A DNA stretch of 64,000 nt, from assembly GCA_051294375.1 (NCBI GenBank), contig CM119266.1:22546680-22610679 (forward strand), read 5' to 3'. Positions 1-9,447 of this stretch are shown here, piece by piece (the first letter of the stretch is position 1; every line of letters starts with the position of its first letter). A program made the translations under genes and the position numbers. The stretch is from Paraspadella gotoi (taxonomy: Eukaryota; Animalia; Chaetognatha). The notes under the pieces are model-generated. The model had not been told where the DNA came from, made no database searches, and saw only the letters and a list, made by a program, of their open reading frames with translations.

Positions 1-702
1 GGGCGCCACAATGGGTGCCCTGGATGCGGCCGTGCCCACTTCCGGCGACGAGGGGGGTTGACGGCAGTCTCCCCAGTAATGGCACGATGGTTATCCCTCG
101 ATTTCTTCTCGCGAAAAGCTAAAAAATTTGCCTTTTTTTTAAGCCAATAGTTAAAGTAGATTTTTATAACGCGATAGTTAAAATTGATTTTTTGAGCTCA
201 ATTAGTTCAAAAACTCGGAAAGAACTTTTGTCGTAGCGAATTTTGAAGTCTTAGAATAAGCAACAGCGCGTTGTGCTTAATGACAGAGAGATAACTATTC
301 CAAACCGATTTTTAAAATCAAGAATGACCCGAAGAATTAAATGAAACCGTAGAAAGTAGTAATTTTATTAGTTTGAAATCAATAGTTTAAGAAAGGCTTT
401 TCGTAGACATTGCCTTAACTAAGTTTATATTTGTCACCAAATTTAAATCTACATTATTATTTTATGTATACTTATTTAATATAATTGTAAATGTGTCACT
501 ATGAAGCAATTAAAGCTTAATTTTAAAGGAAAAAATATTTTACCATTAACATTTAGATTATGCAAATTATAATTTGGATTTGATTTCAAATCTATACTGA
601 AACAAACAAGAGACAACGTTTTAATAAGGCTTTTTTTCCTTCTGAAAACATTAATATTATTTTTCATTTTTTATAAATTTTATTATTTTCCAAAAATTTT
701 TT

Positions 703-897
703 TGGAGCTGGAGTTGGACCTTTTTTTGCCCGCTCCGACTCCAGCTCCAGCTCCGGCCAAGATAAAATCTCAGCTCCAGCTCCAGCTCCCGCTCCGGTAA
801 GAAAATAAATTCAGCTCCAGCTCCAGCTCCAGCTCCGGCCAAATATGCCAGCTCCGGCAGCTCCGACTCCAGCTCCAGCTCCAGCTCCACATCCCTG
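703..897 (-). mobile_element. End of a non-autonomous hAT-like DNA element/MITE with GGAGCT/GGAGTC subterminal hexamer repeats
   Basis: Arrays of ctccag/ctccga hexamers end in ctccacatccctg (reverse complement CAGGGATGTGGAG...), a CAGGG-type terminus; partner terminus not found. Confidence 0.5.
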
Positions 898-1081
898 CTT
901 CTTTACATCCCACACATGTCCTCTCATCCTTTTAATACGTAAAGTGCAATTCCTGTTTCAGCCACCTGCCTCACTCACTCCTCTTCTTTCACTCATTTCT
1001 CACCTCTCCTTCTCTCTCTCTCGTGTTTGCTTTAAAAAGCCCATGAAAATTCCCCTCATTCTTTGCCCTTCCTCGCCCCCC

Positions 1082-1219
1082 GCTGCCGTTGCCGACTCCG
1101 AGGCCGATTCCGCCGCCGCCGCCGCGGCACGCTGATGCCGACTCCGACGCAGCCGCCGCCGCCACCGCAGCCGCTGCCGNNNNNNNNNNNNNNNNNNNNN
1201 NNNNCCGATGCCGCACCCT
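1082..1219. repeat. GCC/GCCGACTCC-rich repeat interrupted by a 25-N gap
   Basis: gccgactccg and gccgccgcc motifs flank N1180-1204; related gccgca(t) motifs recur near 31670, 38230 and 62450. Confidence 0.5.
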
Positions 1220-2486
1220 TCTTTATTTTCCCAGAGATTTTGGAAAATCCACTTGAAAAAAAAAATCGGAACTTCGCTACAAATTCCCTTTTTTTAAATC
1301 TGGGTTTAAATTTTTAAATTTGGTAACTGCCATAGCTTTTTATAATTAATCCGCTTTTGGATTTTTAAAATATAGCAACAGTTGTATCTTTTACGTAATT
1401 CCGCCAAGTCATATGGTAATCAAACAATAAAACACACCGCGTCGTAATTTCTCTAATTTTCTTAAAAGAATGTCCAAAATCGTTTTGCTTCTAAATCTTT
1501 TTGTCTTTTTTGTTCCTCAGAAGGAACAAGATCTTTCCCGCCCTTTGCCCCCTTTTATCCCCACGGACCCCTCTATCCCTTCTCTGCCCTTTTGCCCCCT
1601 TCTCAACCCCCGCGAGCATTTCCAATCCCCAATTTTTCCCCTTCTACGCCCCCACGAGTCTGACCCGACTCCATCGGGGCCCAAACCCCTTCCGCCCTCA
1701 TTCCCTTGTCTAAGGATCGACCCGAGGGGATGGGGGGTTGACCCGTGAAATTTGGAGGGGTGGCGGAACCGGGTTGACGCGGTGGGCAGTGCAGTGAGTG
1801 ATGGAACGAGGGGTTGGGGCGCGGAGAAGCAGAGGTGACCGCGATTTGGTGATTTAAGCGGAGGATTTCAAACTGATTTCGACTCATTTGGTTCAGATTT
1901 ACGGGGGTAAGAGGTTGGAGGGGGGAGTGTAGAGAAAAGGGGATAAAAAGAATAGAGAGAGGGGCTGATTAGGTGTTCCGAACAATATTTAAAGAAAAAA
2001 GGCATTATGAAGGCTGATGGAGGCTATCACCGTATACGCGTAGTCGAAACATGTCTGTTTTAATAAAAAAAAATTTACCGTTATTGAAACGAAAATTTGG
2101 TTTTTCTTAGTTGAAATAAATTTTAAATCATAAAAACAATCCAATGAGCACTTAGCACTAGAGACGGGCCAGTTCAAATGCCTTTTTAAATTCGAAAAGA
2201 AGCACTCCGTTAAAAAAAAAAAAAAAACTAAAACAAGATAAAAAGGAAAAAGAAGCGATACAAGAAAAAACGCGTTAAAAAGCGGGAAAAAAATTAGAAA
2301 AAAAAAAGCGAAGGGCTAAAACCTGACATGTGTGATTCATTAGATTTCATTTTCCGCGGGTCCGCGCTCCAAACTCATTTGCATATTAAACCCTTCGCCC
2401 CTCACGCTCTTCATCTTTTTCATATGCTCATCCTTCTCTTCCCCCTTTGCCTCCTAATTTTTATTTTTATGAATTTCTTGTGCCTC

Positions 2487-2565
<79 letters not shown>

Positions 2566-4400
2566 CTCTCTCTCTTCCTTCCAGGGTGTATCGATTTAAT
2601 GGAGCCTCGAAAATTCAGGGAATTAAACGAGAATTTCGTTTTTATATCGACAAAAAAAATAGCGGAAAAATGAAAAAAAAATCGAATTTTTATTATTCGT
2701 AAATTGAAAAAGGGCGGAGAAGAACTTTGACTACGAAATCGCAAAGTAAATAACATTTTTTCGTTCCCATCCTTATATTTCCCCTTCCCTCTTTTTTTTC
2801 GCTCTCGACGGCGCTTGCAGAATTTTGATTGCAGATTTTGAACCATGAAACTGCGGGAGGGCAACCTAAATTTAAACATTATCGCTGAAGAGAAGATAAA
2901 AGTTTCTAGTTATAGTCCGAATACTCCAAACAGCAGGGATATATATCAGTGTGATGGGCTGGTTTTTTTCGTGTTTTTTTTTTGTTATTGTATTTTTTAA
3001 TAATTTAAATTATAATATTACTGGAAAAACTGAAAACGTATTGGAAATTAACAAAAACAAAATACCACTAACGTTTAAAAATAGATGGTCATGTAATATG
3101 TCTATGAACTAATTCATATAAGAACTATCAAATAAGTATAGCGTTCAATGCGATACGTGCAATGGTATTCGAGATGTACATAAATCATAAAAGGAATCAG
3201 TAAAAATCTGGATAGTAAATTGTCATTTATAGAGAATAGGAAGCATGACGCTAATTAAAACGTTTAAAAATAAAAGCACACACAATTCGGCTAAGAAATA
3301 AATATTGTTCAAGTAGTAAACGTTCAAGCTTTAAATAGTTATATGTATACGAATCTGTCATTTTAAACAACCTTTAACTTTTGGTGAAAATCAAGATGGA
3401 CGATATTCTATTAAGCTCTAACTAATCAATCATTAAAAAAAGTAACTGATTCCTGATTATAATTTAACTGGATTCTGGCTCATTTAGTCGTACTCGGAAA
3501 TGTGCGTGTTCGGATCCGGGAGTCGAGACCGCAATTAATGCCGTGTCGGTAATTTCGGCAATTAGATGCCTTCAAATCAGTGCAATAGTAATGCCTCGAA
3601 GTGCCATTTATTGCTGCTGCATAGTCCTAATTACAGAGTCAGCGTGCGCCGGGCGACGCAGCGCGGAGCACGTGCCTGCGCTTCTGTTGTCTTTTCCCGT
3701 TCCCTTTGTCCAATAAGCGCTGTGCTCTTCGTATGGCATCCGTGGCGTTGATCCAGGTAGCGAGTGTAAACAGCTCCCATCTTAAGCTGAGTGGATCCGT
3801 GGCGTTCACCGGTGACGCTGAAGCGCGCGTCGCGCGCGTTAGAAGCAGTTTTGGCCCCCCCCCACGGCACGGTGTCTTATGACGATCTTGCTCAGTTATG
3901 TGTATCACAGAGTCGCGCGATTTTGCCTGATTAGAGTTTTTTCCATGCGTTCACTAAACGACAAGCCAATTAAAGAAAATCGTGGGCGGAAAAAATTCGT
4001 TGCGCAAGCCTCGCTTGCGTCGCGGCCGCTGTTTTCGTGCGGGCGAGATGTAAGCAAAAAAACAAAAAGATCGGGAGAGAGAGAGGAAGTAGGGAGAGAG
4101 AGAAGAGAGAAAGAGAGAGACTGAGAGAGGGAGAGAGAGCGAGAGAAAAGGTAGAGAGAGAGGAGAGAGAACAATTATTAAAGACGGATAGTCGGCGTAA
4201 TAGGAAATAATATTGACGGAATGGAGATAGCAGGGTAATTTTTAATCCTATACACAAGTCTTCAAAAATATGCATCTTTTAGGGAAACATGTTCTTTTGG
4301 TACACATGTATGTTTAATTATTATTATTTTTTTGTTGTGTTTTTTTTTTTGCCTTGTTTACTTTCATAAAATTTAATTTCAAGCCTCTAATTCCTAACAG

Positions 4401-4609
4401 GGTTGCCCGATGCCCGATGCCCGATGGCCAATATCAGAGGGCCTTTCTCGTCGTCCTTTCGGTCGGCGGGAAAATCTCCTCTTCTTCTTCTTACTCCTCC
4501 TCCTCTTCCTCCTCCTCCTCCTCCTCCTCCCAATCTCATTGATATGTATGGAGCTCCTCGATGGAGTCGGGCCTTCGGGTCATGGGCAAAGAGAGAAGAT
4601 GAAGTTTGA
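4401..4609 (+). CDS. Candidate terminal exon of a neuropeptide-like precursor (frameshifted in a CT microsatellite)
   Basis: Acceptor ctaattcctaacag|G at 4400/4401; one frame gives ...GLSRRPF-GRR, and a second frame after the (CCT)n tract gives APRWSRAFGSWA-KR-EDEV-stop. Confidence 0.2.
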
Positions 4610-5108
4610 AGGCGAGAAAATGATGGTCAGAAAATTAAAGGCGATAAAAAGGGGAGGAAAAGAAAGGGGGGAAAAAGGAGTGGTGGAAAAAGAAGGGGAG
4701 GAAAAAGAAGGGGATAATCTGGTTGGGAAAAAAAAACAAATTCGCCCCGGGATTTTTTTTTGGTGAATATTTTTTTATTCTCGGGAAATCCAGTGAAAGA
4801 GATAAGGGATCTGAAAAAAAATTAGACGAAGTCGTGGAAAAACATTGAAGATTAGTCGGGTTATTATAAGCAAAATATCGATTAATAACTTAAGAAACGT
4901 TAATAGTAAATATATCTCATTATTGAATTTTGCGGGTTTTTTTTAGTAAGGGATTTTTCTTTTGTTGTATATCCTTGATTTTCATCATATATGGCCTAAA
5001 CTTTATTTTCAATCACCCATGGAATCGTACGTGTACGTTCATTCGTGCGGAAAATGTTTTTACGAAAGAGTGAAAGAGCGAAAGGAAGAGAGAGAGAGAG
5101 AGAGAAGA

Positions 5109-5155
<47 letters not shown>

Positions 5156-5899
5156 AGAGAGAGAGGAGAGCAGAGAGACCTGTCGGCAGGAGCTGGAAGG
5201 CAGCAGCGATAGAAATTGCTTACTGCCTGAGGCGCCGTGAAGAAGCATCTCCGTGGATCATCGGGGGATTCGACGGGCAGTTTATTCAATCAGGAGGAAA
5301 GGGAGAGGAGGGGGGAACGGAGGGGGAGAGGGGAATGGAGGAAGAGGAGGGGGAAGGCCGGAAAAAGGAGAAGACTGAGGCGGAAAAGGGTAGGAAAATG
5401 GATGAGAGGGGAGAAGGGAAGGAAAGAATACGGAGACAGAGAAAAAAAAAAAAAAATAGGAGAAGGAAAGTTGAAAGATATGCACAATGAATAACGTGGC
5501 GTTTACCTGTCCTCCTGCTTGATTTTGTCCCTTTAAAATTGTTTCTGAGCCAAATTAAATTGATTATTACTTTTTGTAATATGTGCGATAAAAATAACAC
5601 TACTGGACATTATGTGGTCCTGAACCATAACTTGACCATCAAACAAAAAAGCTAACTAGATTCAAAAATAGTAAAAAAAGATGTAGCATATAGCTCGAAA
5701 CGCTTACAAAATTTTAGAACCATTGCTTTTATAAATGCAAAAAAATATTAATTTATTAAAACAAAAATTTTAACGATAACTTAATATTTAAACCGAAACC
5801 CAGAATAATATTTTACCCATCATTTCTCAATTTATATGAATCAATAATGTTTGTAGTTAGTCAATTATATCTTAAAATAACAATTGACAAATTCATTTT

Positions 5900-7750
5900 C
5901 CAAATTTTTTTTATGAAATGGGAGTTTTTACTGCTTACTCCCCTTGGTTTTTAATTCATCTAATATTTTTTGAGGTATTTCCAAAAACCTTATATAAGTT
6001 ACTATATTTTTTATTTTTTTTCAATTTTTCAAAATAAAACAACATCATAAAAAACATTTTAATTAATAAAAAAAATGATTGAATGATTTTGGGGGGAAAA
6101 AAAAAAAAATATTTGAAACTTGAGAAATAATGGATTCGAGTTAGGAAAAAAAATTTGCAATTCTAAAAAAATCAGCCTCTAAGCCTTTCGTTTTTTCAGA
6201 GGCTGATTTTTTTATTTTTTTGATATTTTGATTTTTCTATTGCAAAACCATTATTCTCAATGAGCCATGGTCGGAGGAAATTTTTTCCAACAATTTGAAA
6301 AAATTTCCAGCTTTTTTATGAGGGCCTTTTTTTTGGGAAATAAATAAATTCAATTATTATACGATGGTATATCTGAAACGTGATTGTCTCTAAATGACAA
6401 AAAAAATTTTCTTCAAGTTTTTATTTTTAAAATTAAGTATTGGTAATCAATAGAAATAAAGTGAGATACTCGCCGCTTTTGCCAAAATTTTTTATTTAAA
6501 AACAGAGATTTGTACTGCCGTAGTTTTAAAAAAGTTATTTATTAAATAACCTTTGGAAGAAAAGAGCTAAACAAGATGGGTGTGGTATCAATTAACAGCC
6601 TAAGATCATGGGAACACCTTTCAAAAAAGTTTTATTAAATTTAAATCCATAAACATTACACAGCTTTTGTTTAAATCAGGTTAAAAGTATAAAGTTTTTT
6701 TGCCTTTAAAAAAAATTTTAATGGAAGGCATATGAAATTTTTTAATTTTTTTCTTTTTGTAATTGATAAAAGGAAAAGACTGAATTACATTTTGATTATT
6801 ATTAATTTTTTTTATTCATAAACTGCTTATTTTTTAAAGTTAAAGTAAACACAAGCAAAAATTTATATTATAATCTTTGAATAAAATGTCTTTTTAAAAT
6901 ATCCAAAAATGATTAAATACAAAAATGTTTTCAGCTTGATATAAACAGTCTGGACATCTAAACTTCATTGGTCTGTGAAAAAAATCGGGCATTTTTTTAT
7001 TATCTTTAAACGTGCAAACTAAAAGCCTTGACACACTGCTTGTTTATCATAAATAAATTTTAAAAAAATTAATATAGCTTGGCATATATTTGACAAAGCC
7101 AAACACCCATTGGGTTAATTGTATTGATAAATTTTTTTTTTTAACATATAGCAAGGAATTAAATTCTATTATTTATCATCCATTTCATTAAGAAAATATT
7201 CTCGTAATAGCCCTTTTAGAAAGGGTTGCATTGACTAACTTAATGGATCGAATTTTTTTAGATATCTTTACTGCCCCATTTCACAAGATATAAAAGGTCA
7301 TGGTTATCATATCAGTAAGTCCAGATTATCTGTACCCTTTATACAACCTGCATTCTGAATTTTCTTTTTTTTCCCTTTCCAAATGTATTAATAAAAAATT
7401 ATTTGAGAGAACAATCGGCGTGGAGGATGCCCATTGGTAAGCCTTAAGTTACCCCACTTTCCGATCGAATTTTTTAAATGAGGTTTTTTTTCCATTTATT
7501 TGAGACATAACACTAACTATTGGTACTATTATTTTTTTAAAATTTTTTTTTATTACAATTCTGAAATAAATATGAATAAGTAACTTTTTAAAAAAAATTT
7601 TTATCATCTTTCACCCCTATATTCGGTCATATCTAAAAAACAAAAAAAAGATTTTGCATGATATTTGGATATCGACATATGAACTATAAACGTTTCAAAA
7701 ATAAAAAGAATATTAATATATTGAACTGAATTTTTTTATGCCGGAAACAG
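5900..7750 (-). mobile_element. Decayed Penelope-like (PLE-type RT) retroelement remnant
   Basis: Reverse complement of 7429-7443 encodes G-L-P-M-G; about 95 nt downstream (7334-7310) is Y-R-[Y]-L-D-L-L-I, resembling RYxDD at the spacing expected for PLE RT; AT-rich, microsatellite-free block with many stops/frameshifts; boundaries approximate. Confidence 0.45.
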
Positions 7751-8232
7751 TACGTTACGGCCCATTTTTCATTGTGTCATATAAAGATAGAACAAAGTGT
7801 GATATTAAAAAGAAAATATTATTTATTCTTATTTAAAATGAATTTTTTTTTGACAACTCTCTCCTTTTTATCCTGCTTTGGGAGAGGTGCCGATGGAGAA
7901 CAATGAACTAAAAAAATAAAAAAATAATTTCATTTTAAAAGAAAACGGGGAAAAAAAATTCTAAAGCGCCCTCACGTGAGAGAGGGAGCAAAAAGAGTCA
8001 GAAGAGGGACGAAGGGAGAGAAAGAGAAGGAAGAAGGTTAAAATCCCTCACGGCGGGAGACGAAGAAGAGGATTCCTCCCCTTCGTCATCATCGTCGTCG
8101 TCGTCATCTAATTTTCCTCTTCTTTTTTCCCCTTTCCTTTTTTTTTAACCCCAACTCCTTTTTTTTAATCCTTTTTCTGTCTTCCGTAAATTTTTTTTTC
8201 ACGTCGCTCTCTCTCTCTCTCTCTCTCGTCTC

Positions 8233-8270
<38 letters not shown>

Positions 8271-8414
8271 TCTCTCTCTCTCTCTCTCTCTCTCTCCTCT
8301 CTTCTCTTCTCTCTCTCTTCTTCTCTCTCTCTCTCTCTCTCATTCTCTCATCCCTGATTTCATTAGGAAATAAATTATCTCTCTAACGTGGAAACAAAAT
8401 TGGAAATCCATCGA

Positions 8415-8447
<33 letters not shown>

Positions 8448-8927
8448 GGAAACCAAGAATGAATAATCATCGAAAAGATGAAAACAAATTTAATTCCGTC
8501 CGAATTAAAAAAAAAAATTAAAGAAATTAACTATCGAGAGAAACTTTTATTTCCTCGAGTCTTTCGCTTCCGAAGACCGAACGAGAAATTAAAAAGGATT
8601 AATTAATCGATTTAAAATTCCGCGCGAACTGCGGCGCTTAAGACGGACGATGTAGCGTAATTTCTAGCGCGCGCCGGCGTTCAGAGAGCCTGGGTCTCCA
8701 CGATCGACTCCAGCCCTAATCCGATTTTCGGAAATCCAATCCGAATTCAGATTTTCAACCAGATTGGAGATTTGTTAGCGGTTTTGGATCTCCGTTCTCC
8801 AACATAATTAGAATTCATAACAAAATCCGCATTTATGTCGACTAACTGTATTGCGCGGCTCGTTTTTTTCAAAAATGTCTCATCGCCAAAGATTCGTATC
8901 GTCTTTTTGATCAAATAACCTCCGATC

Positions 8928-9447
8928 ATGAGGGTCTTTTCGTCTTCTTCGTCATCGTCGTCATCGTCGTCGTCGTTTCATTTCGTCTCCTCGTCATCCT
9001 GGACGCCTCCTCGTCTCTATCTTCTCGCCTCGACGTTGTGTCGACTCTTGAACATCCACCTGTCCGACAAAGAAGAGAAGAAGAAGTCGACCTCGGGAAA
9101 ATCCTCGGGCGAATCCTCGTCCTACTCTGTGGCTTCAACATCCGAAGAGTCGCCTTGGGTCACGAGTTTGGACGAGAACGACAGCGCGACGAACATGGCG
9201 CCCGACGCTTCGCCAATCGAGACCGACATGACGCCTATAATGAAAGACATCGATTCCGCAACGCAATCTCTCAAAGCCGCCTTCGACGCCGCCGCGTTGG
9301 CGGTCAAGGAATCCGCGGAGGCGGTAGACGCGGCGGCGGCGGCGGTCGGCGCCTCCGTTCGGGCGGCGGTGGAGGCGGTGGCGGCGGCGGTGGAGACGAC
9401 GAACAATTCCGACTTTTTGGAATTTTACATCGACGTGGACTTGGCCG
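8928..9447 (+). CDS. Phosphatase exon 1 (low-complexity Ser/Ala-rich; true start uncertain)
   Basis: Open frame ends ttg gcc g|gtgaag (phase 1), matching ttccag|at at 9637. Confidence 0.6.
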
